Shown: positions 19,233 to 26,841 of the stretch, piece by piece | Numbering within the stretch: position 1 is the first letter of the stretch | Layout of the letters: each line of letters opens with the position of its first letter | DNA from: Acidimicrobiales bacterium | Lineage (GTDB): Bacteria; Actinomycetota; Acidimicrobiia; Acidimicrobiales; JAKAVM01 | Length of the DNA: 39,687 nucleotides | Assembly (NCBI GenBank): GCA_027451785.1 | Contig: DAIDIS010000065.1 | Span: 1-39,687 of the forward strand | Direction: 5' to 3' | The notes under the pieces: generated by a model | Told to the model about the DNA's origin: nothing | Database searches by the model: none | The model's input: only the letters and a program-made list of their open reading frames with translations | Position numbers and translations under genes: made by a program

Positions 19233-19790
19233 TCAATCGGCGCCACGCTGAGGCGGCCCAAAACGACCCCGGGAGTGACTGGGTCTCGCTTTGCCCAAGG
19301 TCATTTCAACTGTCGTGCCATCCGGTCCTGACTCAAATCTTGCCGAGTCGACTAAGGCTCTGATCAATGCGATCCCGCGCCCACTCATTGTCTCCAGAGG
19401 GTCACCCAAGGCAAAGCTGCTTTGAGGGTCGAACCCGGGTCCTTTATCTTTGACGCGAACGGTGACGAAGGTCTCCTCCTCGGTCCAGGTAATGCGCACG
19501 ACCTCATCAACCGAAGGCACAGCAGGTCCCACAGATCCCCCATAACCCCCGGAATCCTGAGGACCCTCGGTTGGACGATTCAGCGAAGAATGCATCGACC
19601 TTTTCGCTTCATAAGCCCCAATTGAGTTTGAGCAGGCTTCCGAGACCGCAAGCTTGAGGTCGTCGACTTTCGACTGCCTAATCCTGGCCGTTGATGCTGC
19701 TAGATGCCCTATTACTTGCCGAGCTAGAGATACGTAGCACAGGTTGCAGGGGATCGTTATTTCCACGCGGACGGGAAAGCGATCACTCAC
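19233..19790 (-). CDS. RsbW/SpoIIAB-type anti-sigma factor serine kinase (HATPase_c)
   Basis: N-box AVSEACSNSI, G1 box VKDKGPGFD, G2 box GRGIALIRAL. The GTG at 19790 is preferred because GGAAGG lies 7 nt upstream. The ORF track extends to 19940. Confidence 0.7.
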   Translation of the reverse strand: MSDRFPVRVEITIPCNLCYVSLARQVIGHLAASTARIRQSKVDDLKLAVSEACSNSIGAYEAKRSMHSSLNRPTEGPQDSGGYGGSVGPAVPSVDEVVRITWTEEETFVTVRVKDKGPGFDPQSSFALGDPLETMSGRGIALIRALVDSARFESGPDGTTVEMTLGKARPSHSRGRFGPPQRGAD

Positions 19791-19830
19791 AGTCAAACCT
19801 TCCCCTCTCACCACCTCTATTATCACTCTT

Positions 19831-20640
19831 GTGGAGGCTGCGTTCTTCGATCTTGACAAGACTGTTATTGCAAAAGCGTCGATTGCCGCTTTTGGTAGGC
19901 CGATGTACCACGAAGGCCTCATTTCCAGGCGCACGATCATACGGGGGCTTTATGCCCAGCTCGTTTATATGCACCTCGGTGCATCCGAGCAAAAGCTCTC
20001 AAGGATCAGAGAGTCTGTGCTGGCACTCGCCAAGGGCTGGGATCGGGAGCAGGTCTCGGAATTGGTCGCAGAGACTATGGAGAAGGTAATCGACCCGATC
20101 GTCTACGCAGAGGCCCTTGAGTTGATCAGCGAACATAGGCGTGCTGGAAGGAAAGTCGTGATGGTCTCAGCAGCACCTGAAGAGATCGTCATACCACTCA
20201 GCACTTACTTAGGGTTCGACCAAGCCATAGCTTCGCGCCCCAAGGTAGACGACTCGGGTAAGTACACGGGCGAAATGGACTTCTACGCATATGGGCCGTT
20301 CAAGGCGGCTGCGATCCGCGCAATGGCTTCTCGCGAAGGAATCGATCTGGCGAGTTCCTATGCTTATTCGGATTCCTACACGGATGTCCCGATGTTGGAA
20401 ACAGTAGGGAACCCAGTTGCCGTGAACCCCGACAGGGTGCTTCAGAAGCTGGCCAAAGATCGCGAATGGGAAATCCGCAATTTCAACAGGCCGGTCCGCC
20501 TGGTTCAACGGGTACCCGTCCCCGATACCAGGTTCGTAATGGCAGCTGTATTCGCCGCAACCTTGATTGCCACGCTGGTAATTGGGTGGAAGCTCGGATC
20601 CAAGAGGCGGACGGCCCAATCCTGGGCAACGTCCGCCTAA
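19831..20640 (+). CDS. HAD-IB family hydrolase (SerB-like) with a C-terminal TM anchor
   Basis: HAD motif I AAFFDLDKTVI, later motifs VVMVSAAPEE and YSDSYTDVPMLE, and a hydrophobic tail FVMAAVFAATLIATLVIGW. The start is uncertain: GTG at 19831 or TTG at 19744. Confidence 0.75.
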   Translation: MEAAFFDLDKTVIAKASIAAFGRPMYHEGLISRRTIIRGLYAQLVYMHLGASEQKLSRIRESVLALAKGWDREQVSELVAETMEKVIDPIVYAEALELISEHRRAGRKVVMVSAAPEEIVIPLSTYLGFDQAIASRPKVDDSGKYTGEMDFYAYGPFKAAAIRAMASREGIDLASSYAYSDSYTDVPMLETVGNPVAVNPDRVLQKLAKDREWEIRNFNRPVRLVQRVPVPDTRFVMAAVFAATLIATLVIGWKLGSKRRTAQSWATSA

Positions 20641-20671
20641 AAGTCCGGCCTAGCTTTTCAAGAGGCTGCGA

Positions 20672-20746
20672 TTACCCAGTACGCAGCTTCTTGGCTGCTA
20701 CGAATCCCAAACCGACCAAAATTGCGAGGAGAAGCATCTTCTTCAT
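20672..20746 (-). CDS. Speculative 24-codon hydrophobic mini-ORF (MKKMLLLAILVGLGFVAAKKLRTG)
   Basis: Hand translation gives ATG...TAA, 45 nt downstream of the sigma-factor stop on the same strand. It would be a single TM helix flanked by Lys on both sides, with AGAAGG about 13 nt upstream. It is too short for the ORF track and has no homology support. Confidence 0.25.
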   Translation of the reverse strand: MKKMLLLAILVGLGFVAAKKLRTG

Positions 20747-20791
20747 GGGCCTAATCTACCTTCTTGGTGTGTTAGTTGCTCGATAGCCAGG

Positions 20792-21739
20792 CTATACGGT
20801 CAACAGGTCCCTTGCGCCCGTATCGCTGGACGGATGGCGCAGCTTCGACATAGCCCTGGCCTCGATCTGGCGAATTCTCTCCCTGGTTAGGTTGAAGTGC
20901 TCGCCAACCTCTTCAAGCGTCCTGGGCTCGCCCCTGTCCAAGCCGAAGCGAAGCCTGAGAATTTCACGCTCACGCTCGTCGAGCGGAGAGAGCAGCCGGG
21001 ATATCTCCATCGGCAGGAGCGAGGTCGAAGCTACCTCAAAGGGTGACTCTGCAGACCTGTCCTCTACGACGTCGCCAAGTTCAGCGTCGCCATCCTCTCG
21101 GAGTGGCTCCGAAAGCGATAGCGGTTCGGCCCTGAAGCGAAGCGCCTCGACGAGCTTGTCCTCTGGCATCTCAACCTCAGCACTCAGTTCCACCAAGGTC
21201 GCCGGGCGTCCAAGCTTCAGCTCAAGGCGGGCCTGGGCTTTCTGAACCCTTGCAAGGGTGTCGCCGGCATGTACGGGCAGACGGATGGTTCGCCCCGTGT
21301 TGGCTATACCGCGGGTGATTGCCTGCCTGATCCACCAAGTTGCATAGGTCGAGAACTTGAACCCCTTGCGCCAGTCAAACTTCTCGACGGCATGCATAAG
21401 GCCCAGGTTCCCCTCTTGGATCAAGTCCAGTAGAGGAAGGCCGGAAGCCTGGTACTTCTTGGCTATCGAAACGACGAGGCGCAGGTTCGACTGGACGAAG
21501 GTTTGTTGCGCGTCCTCTCCTGCCTTCACCTGGCGCCGATATTCGCGCTTCTTTGCCGCAGTTAATTCCTTGCCGTTCTTGTCGAGCTCTGCAGTCGCCG
21601 TGGCTCCAGCCTCGATGGCCTGGGCCAACCGGACTTCATCGTCCTTCGTAAGCAAGGGGTACTGACCAATATCGGTCAGATAGAGGCGTACTAGATCCTC
21701 CTCGTCCCTTTCGACCCTTTCCTTTGCCACTGCTCTCAC
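20792..21739 (-). CDS. RNA polymerase sigma-70 family factor, group 1/2 (RpoD/HrdB-like, short N-terminus)
   Basis: Region 1.2 LVRLYLTDIGQYPLLTKDDE, region 2 NLRLVVSIAKKYQASGLPLLDLIQEGNLGLMHAVEKFDWRKGFKFSTYATWWIRQAI, and region 4.2 TLEEVGEHFNLTRERIRQIEARAMSKLRHP. GTG start with GAAAGAGG upstream. Confidence 0.9.
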   Translation of the reverse strand: MRAVAKERVERDEEDLVRLYLTDIGQYPLLTKDDEVRLAQAIEAGATATAELDKNGKELTAAKKREYRRQVKAGEDAQQTFVQSNLRLVVSIAKKYQASGLPLLDLIQEGNLGLMHAVEKFDWRKGFKFSTYATWWIRQAITRGIANTGRTIRLPVHAGDTLARVQKAQARLELKLGRPATLVELSAEVEMPEDKLVEALRFRAEPLSLSEPLREDGDAELGDVVEDRSAESPFEVASTSLLPMEISRLLSPLDEREREILRLRFGLDRGEPRTLEEVGEHFNLTRERIRQIEARAMSKLRHPSSDTGARDLLTV

Positions 21740-22148
21740 AGACCTCTTTCCCTCTCTATGCCCAAAAAAATTTGTGCATTCCCAAACGTAACGAGAATCT
21801 ATTTTCTCGAATACTTATATATCCAGGTGGAAAGCAATCCGAACCCAATCTGTCAGGCTCGTTCTTGCCGAATCCCCCTCTGGACGGGCAACTCCGGAAA
21901 TCCTTCTGCGCACTCGGGCTGGCTGACGCCAACCTAAAAGGGCGGAAATCGCGATTACCGTGATGCCGACTAGCTGGAGTGACTTCTCTTTTCGCCGATG
22001 GTCTCTCGCCGCGCGACCCCTTGGAATGGCTTGCGAGCCGACCAAATGGTCTCACTTACTGGCTGAAGACTTGCTGACAACTACGTCACCAAAAAAGACG
22101 CTTGGCCCTTGTTGCTACCCCGTTTCCCTTCTCGAAGTCACACCTTCT

Positions 22149-22727
22149 TTACATTTTACCTGTCGAGTCAATATGCATTTCTGGGAAACTCGGCCCGACT
22201 GCTCCACTGTCATAAAAATCCTGGTAGGAGTCGATTTCTGAGTATGCCGACCGTGTTTCGCCATCAAGAAGCACGGCAATCCTGGAAGTCAAATCCAGGG
22301 GTTCCGGGTAACACCCAAGTAATCGCTGGTACCAAGGAATAAATTCACCGTACCTGGCCGAGATCCTCGGTCCCGTTTCTGCTAGCCGCCCAAGCCCTTG
22401 AGTTGCGGACGACAATGCCGCGCTGAACTCCCCGACGGGGGGAACGAACGAAGATCTTCCCCCAAGCTGGGGAACGTCGGGTACCCAACTTTTCAGGTAG
22501 TCGGCAAGCTTGAAGTGGTAAAGCGAGAAGGCATGGAAGTGAACTTTCGCCGATGCGTTTGCTTCCGACATGGCCCAGTTTCCGAGAATTTCAAAGCTCT
22601 TCAAAGCAAGCCAGCAATGCAGGCCGACCAGCGTTGCATTGTCGACCAGCGTAAGACGACCACTTACTTCACCACCTAATTTCGGGACTCGGCCATTTTT
22701 CTCCGAGGCTTCGATTCCTTGTCCCAC
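22149..22727 (-). CDS. Hypothetical protein, no recognisable family
   Basis: 192-codon ORF whose first possible start (GTG) directly abuts the nadE stop. Its composition resembles neighbouring genes. The true start is unknown, and internal GTG/ATG alternatives exist. Confidence 0.45.
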   Translation of the reverse strand: MGQGIEASEKNGRVPKLGGEVSGRLTLVDNATLVGLHCWLALKSFEILGNWAMSEANASAKVHFHAFSLYHFKLADYLKSWVPDVPQLGGRSSFVPPVGEFSAALSSATQGLGRLAETGPRISARYGEFIPWYQRLLGCYPEPLDLTSRIAVLLDGETRSAYSEIDSYQDFYDSGAVGPSFPEMHIDSTGKM

Positions 22728-24476
22728 TCAAGGCCCCCATCGATTGGGCTTCACAGTGATCGGCATCCTGCGATCTTTGCCGAAGGCCTTCGTGGTAACT
22801 CGTACGCCAGGAGGCATCTGCCTCCTCTTGTATTCCGCACGGTCCACGAGGCTGACGACCCGTGAAATCAGGCCCGGGTCAAATCCCAGGTAAACGAGTT
22901 CCTCCGCAGTCATATCGTCCTCGATATATGCCTTTAGAATCGGATCCAGCACCTCATAGGGCGGCAGCGACTGGTCATCACGCTGATCCTCGCGAAGTTC
23001 GGCCGAGGGCGGCTTCAAGATAACTGCTTCCGGAATGACCGGCTTCTCAGCCTGGTCGTTCCTCCATTCGCTCATCTTAAACACAGTCGTTTTCAAAACA
23101 TCCTTGATAACAGCAAAGCCTCCCGCTGAGTCGCCATAGAGAGTGGAGTAGCCGACTGCCATCTCGCTCTTGTTTCCGGTCGTCAGCACGAGCCAGCCCT
23201 TGGCGTTGGAGATCGCCATCAAGATCACCCCGCGAATCCTCGACTGAAGGTTCTCGTCGGTCAGTCCACTCAAGCGACCCACTCCTGGCACACCTAGCAC
23301 CCCTGCCAGCGACGCCGAAAAAGCCCGGTGAACTTCCTCGATCGGAACCTCCTGAAGATCTATGCCCAGGTTCTGGGCAAGTTCTTTGGCATCGTCGACA
23401 GATCCTCTGGACGAATACCTTGAGGGCATAGATACCCCGTGTACCCGGTCCGGTCCGAGAGCGTCCACCGCTATGGTCGCCACGAGCGAAGAGTCGATTC
23501 CCCCGGACAGGCCGATCACCACTTCAGAAAAGCCGTTCTTTTCGACATAATCCCGCGTACCCATTACGAGCGCCGCATACATGGCCGCCAGATCCGGAGG
23601 CCTGGTTTCCTCCGTCGTGATGTTTTCCGGCTCCAAGTGAACCAGGGTGGTACCGAAGCCGGCTGGTCGCGCCGGTTTGGAGCGCTTGCCGGCATCGTCA
23701 ATTTGCACGTAATTCCCTATTCCGGTGGGCTCCGGAAAGTGCAATCTCACCGCCGTGATCTCTTCGGCGAAAGTCGACGACGAAGCCACGAGCTCTCCGG
23801 CGGGGCCGCAAACCATCGATCCCCCGTCAAAGATCAGCTCGTCTTGGCCTCCGACTTGGTTTACGTACGCGATGGTGCAGGAATTGGTGGCGGCTCTCTC
23901 TGCCAGCATGAGCTGCCGTTCGGCCAGTCTTCCGTCATAGTAAGGAGACGAGTTCAACACCGCGATCAGCTGGGCACCCGACTTCGCCTCCCCCGGGACC
24001 GGCCCATCTGCAACCCAAACGTCTTCGCAGATCGCCAGGCCGACAATAACCCCTGCAAGCTTGAACAGAATGGGCTCGCCCGTACCGGCACGGAAGTATC
24101 TCTTCTCGTCGAACACCGAATAATTGGGCAGTCGCTGCTTGTGGTAAACGTCCACCGTCCAACCTTTGGCAATGACTGCGGCGGCATCGAAGACTCCAAT
24201 CGGCGAGGGGTCTACGAACCCCACTACGCCCACGGTCTTCAGATCCGCTGTCGCCTTGGCTACCCGCTCCAACGCCTCGACGTTTTCACGTACAAATCCC
24301 GGCTTCAACAAGAGATCCTCGGGTGGGTACCCCGTAATCGTCAGCTCCGGGAAGACCGCAAGGTCGCAGCCGAGCCGTTCGGCCTCAACTAGGTAGTCGA
24401 TCACCTTGGAAGAATTACCATCCAGGTCGCCTACGACAGTGTTTATTTGGCAAAGTGCGACTGAAAGCTCGGGCAC
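22728..24476 (-). CDS. nadE: Glutamine-dependent NAD+ synthetase
   Basis: 582 aa. The N-terminal CN-hydrolase domain has E/K/C triad contexts FPELTITGYP, HKQRLPNYSVFDE and LAICEDVW. The C-terminal NAD synthase domain has the PP-loop GLSGGIDSSLVA. Confidence 0.93.
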   Translation of the reverse strand: MPELSVALCQINTVVGDLDGNSSKVIDYLVEAERLGCDLAVFPELTITGYPPEDLLLKPGFVRENVEALERVAKATADLKTVGVVGFVDPSPIGVFDAAAVIAKGWTVDVYHKQRLPNYSVFDEKRYFRAGTGEPILFKLAGVIVGLAICEDVWVADGPVPGEAKSGAQLIAVLNSSPYYDGRLAERQLMLAERAATNSCTIAYVNQVGGQDELIFDGGSMVCGPAGELVASSSTFAEEITAVRLHFPEPTGIGNYVQIDDAGKRSKPARPAGFGTTLVHLEPENITTEETRPPDLAAMYAALVMGTRDYVEKNGFSEVVIGLSGGIDSSLVATIAVDALGPDRVHGVSMPSRYSSRGSVDDAKELAQNLGIDLQEVPIEEVHRAFSASLAGVLGVPGVGRLSGLTDENLQSRIRGVILMAISNAKGWLVLTTGNKSEMAVGYSTLYGDSAGGFAVIKDVLKTTVFKMSEWRNDQAEKPVIPEAVILKPPSAELREDQRDDQSLPPYEVLDPILKAYIEDDMTAEELVYLGFDPGLISRVVSLVDRAEYKRRQMPPGVRVTTKAFGKDRRMPITVKPNRWGP

Positions 24477-24535
24477 AATCCCAGATTTTACGTGCTCTTT
24501 CGCCTGGCCGTGCTTAAGTTGCGCATGTCGCCCCA

Positions 24536-24577
24536 GGTTTCCGGTTTGTTAACTCATCCCCATTGGTTTCCGGATTG
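24536..24577. promoter_or_regulatory. Duplicated 13-bp box GGTTTCCGG(T/A)TTG (GlnR-box-like, GAAAC on the opposite strand)
   Basis: Copies at 24536-24548 and 24565-24577 match at 12 of 13 positions, sit 29 bp apart, and each is preceded by CCCCA. The reverse complement of the first reads TTAAC-N6-GAAAC. They lie between the divergent nadE and glnA genes. Confidence 0.35.
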
Positions 24578-24685
24578 CACGCCAGTCCTGAGAGACTATA
24601 CGCAGGCCTACAACTTACGTATCACCGATCAGCGCAAGTCGTTGGCCACAGGCCGTTCTATTCGCTAAGGAAGGTGCCGGCGATC

Positions 24686-26020
24686 ATGGAGAACCACAAC
24701 GAGTATGTATTGAGGACGGTAGAGGAACGCGGAATCCGGTTCGTCCAATTGTGGTTTACGGACGTGTTGGGGGTTGCAAAGTGCTTCAACATCACGCCCG
24801 CCGAGCTCGAGAATGCCCTGGAGGAGGGGATGACCTTCGACGGCTCGGCCATCGACGGGTTCTCTCGGGTGCAAGAGAGTGACGTACTGGCAAAGCCGGA
24901 CGCCAAGACGTTTCAGATTCTGCCTTGGAGAACTTCCGGAGCATCCACCGCCAGGGTCTTTTGCGACATCACCAACTTGGACGGCACGCCTTTCGAGGGC
25001 TGCCCAAGACAGGCGCTGAAGCGAGCAATGGGCAAGGCTCGAGAGCGTGGTTTCACATTCTTTGCGGCTCCGGAATTGGAGTACTTCTATTTTGATTCCG
25101 CAGACCCTACTAAGACACCCAAGCCACTCGATAGCGGATCGTACTTTGAGATGCGCTCCAATGGGCTTTCAGCGAAACTGCACGAGCAGTCGGTCCTAAC
25201 ACTGGAAGATATGGGCATACCGGTCGAATACGCGCAACACGAGGACGCACCGGGCCAGCACGAGATAGACCTTCGATATACAGATGGGCTCACCATGGCC
25301 GACTCAGTTATGACTGCACGCCAGATCGTCAAGGAAATCGCTTTTGAGCACGGAGCCTATGCCAGTTTCATGCCGAAGCCTCTGGAAGGGGTCCAGGGGT
25401 CAGGTATGCATACTCACTTTTCGTTGTTCGAAGGGGAGGCGAACGCCTTTTCCGACCCGGGAGACCCTTTTGGATTGTCCAAGGTAGCCAAAGGCTTCAT
25501 TGCAGGTGTTCTGCGTCACGCACCGGAGCTGACGGCGATTACCAACCAGTGGGTCAACTCATACAAGCGATTGGTCGTTGGTTACGAGGCACCCGTTTAC
25601 GTTTCTTGGTCAAGGAATAACCGATCGGCGCTCGTACGTGTCCCCGTTCCGAAGATGGGCCGGTCGGACTCCACCCGTATCGAGTACCGTGCACCGGATC
25701 CGGCGTGCAATCCTTACCTCGCATTCGCAGTAATTCTCGCGGCCGGCATGAAAGGGATCGAAGAGAGCTACGAGCTTCCAGACGAAACTACGGACAACCT
25801 GTTCGACTTAACCCCCAAGGACCTTCACAGGCTGGGTATCGAGCCGCTTCCTGCCAGCCTTGAGGGTGCGGTCGCAGCAATGGCCGGGTCCGAACTGATT
25901 GCCGAAACCCTCGGCGATCACGTCTTTGAGTGGTTCATCCGGAATAAGCGAGCTGAAAGCCGTGACTACAGAGCACAGGTAACCCAGTTCGAGCTCGACC
26001 GCTATCTCGGACAGCTTTAG
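24686..26020 (+). CDS. glnA: Glutamine synthetase type I (GSI-alpha-like, no adenylylation tyrosine)
   Basis: 444 aa from the ATG at 24686, with AAGGAAGG upstream. Motifs include RFVQLWFTDVLG, FDGSAIDGF, GSGMHTHFSL and NRSALVRVP. NLFDL replaces the NLYDL adenylylation site. Confidence 0.92.
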   Translation: MENHNEYVLRTVEERGIRFVQLWFTDVLGVAKCFNITPAELENALEEGMTFDGSAIDGFSRVQESDVLAKPDAKTFQILPWRTSGASTARVFCDITNLDGTPFEGCPRQALKRAMGKARERGFTFFAAPELEYFYFDSADPTKTPKPLDSGSYFEMRSNGLSAKLHEQSVLTLEDMGIPVEYAQHEDAPGQHEIDLRYTDGLTMADSVMTARQIVKEIAFEHGAYASFMPKPLEGVQGSGMHTHFSLFEGEANAFSDPGDPFGLSKVAKGFIAGVLRHAPELTAITNQWVNSYKRLVVGYEAPVYVSWSRNNRSALVRVPVPKMGRSDSTRIEYRAPDPACNPYLAFAVILAAGMKGIEESYELPDETTDNLFDLTPKDLHRLGIEPLPASLEGAVAAMAGSELIAETLGDHVFEWFIRNKRAESRDYRAQVTQFELDRYLGQL

Positions 26021-26030
26021 GAGGCATGGC

Positions 26031-26711
26031 ATGGAACCACTTTTGGCGTATCCAGACCCGCTCCCCCCTAATGTGGCCATGGCTCTGGATAATGCCGGAT
26101 ACCCTTGGAAATCGGTAAGCAACACCGAAAGCGTCGATTCTCACGAGCCCGAAGACGGATGGTCGGGAGCTGCGATTTGGGCAATCGACGATCCCGAAGG
26201 TGCGTTCTCACTCTGTAGAGAGTTGCGGAAGCGAGACATGCCGCTCAGGCCGCTCCTATTGATGGTTTCGCCAGAGCAGCTCCGCGAACTGGAACTTCGA
26301 GAAGATCTCTTTGATGACTTCTGCGTCTCTCCTATGCAAGCCGGAGAGTTGGAAGCCCGCCTGCAGCATCTCTTTTGGCGGACGGGACGTGGGCTACGGC
26401 CCGAGCTTGTCGAATACGGTCCTTTGGCGTTGAACCTCGAAACCTATCAGGCCGTACTGAACGGAAAGCCCATGGACCTTACGTTCATGGAGTACGAGCT
26501 CTTGAAGTTTCTCGTTTCCCATCCGGGCAAGGTGTTCACTCGGGAGACTCTGCTCTCAAGGGTTTGGGGGTACGAGTACTTCGGAGGCGCTAGGACCGTC
26601 GACGTCCACGTCCGCCGACTACGCGCCAAGCTCGGCGAAGAAAATGCCCACCTAATCGACACCGTCAGGTCGGTTGGCTATCGCTTTGGCGAGACCCGTT
26701 GGGGCCGATAA
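26031..26711 (+). CDS. glnR: OmpR/PhoB-type regulator with a degenerate receiver domain (GlnR-like orphan response regulator)
   Basis: C-terminal winged helix LTFMEYELLKFLVSHPGKVFTRETLLSRVWGYEYFGGARTVDVHVRRLRAKLG. The N-terminal receiver-like domain lacks the DD acidic pair (LLAYPDP) and the conserved Lys (VSP instead of TKP). AGGAGG lies 6 nt upstream. The glnR name rests on gene context and my recollection of Streptomyces GlnR. Confidence 0.65.
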   Translation: MEPLLAYPDPLPPNVAMALDNAGYPWKSVSNTESVDSHEPEDGWSGAAIWAIDDPEGAFSLCRELRKRDMPLRPLLLMVSPEQLRELELREDLFDDFCVSPMQAGELEARLQHLFWRTGRGLRPELVEYGPLALNLETYQAVLNGKPMDLTFMEYELLKFLVSHPGKVFTRETLLSRVWGYEYFGGARTVDVHVRRLRAKLGEENAHLIDTVRSVGYRFGETRWGR

Positions 26712-26841
26712 GGGATCAATAGATATCGGTCTCGCTGAGCAAGGAGCCGTTTGCGAACTGAACTCGGCGTCTCAACTGAAGACAGGGGGAAATAAATACC
26801 AGTCTCTGCGGGGGGCATGCAGGAGAACCTTGCAGGTTTCG

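Noticed and set aside
19791-19940. 50-aa N-terminal extension of the anti-sigma kinase ORF, overlapping the divergent HAD gene.
   Set aside because: The GTG at 19790 has GGAAGG 7 nt upstream, and kinase homology (VRVEITIP...YVSLARQ) begins just after it. The extension has no STAS or other domain features.
21756-22055. 99-aa and 76-aa ORFs (- strand) inside the gap upstream of the sigma gene.
   Set aside because: Both are highly basic, Arg/Ser/Pro/Gly-rich low-complexity translations. They overlap each other in different frames and have no motif and no convincing RBS. The region is treated as non-coding and reported as a finding instead.
24563-24685. 41-aa N-terminal extension of the glnA ORF.
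   Set aside because: GS-I homology begins at MENHNEYVLRTVEERGIRFVQLWFTD, and the ATG at 24686 has AAGGAAGG upstream. The extension would also cover the candidate GlnR boxes.
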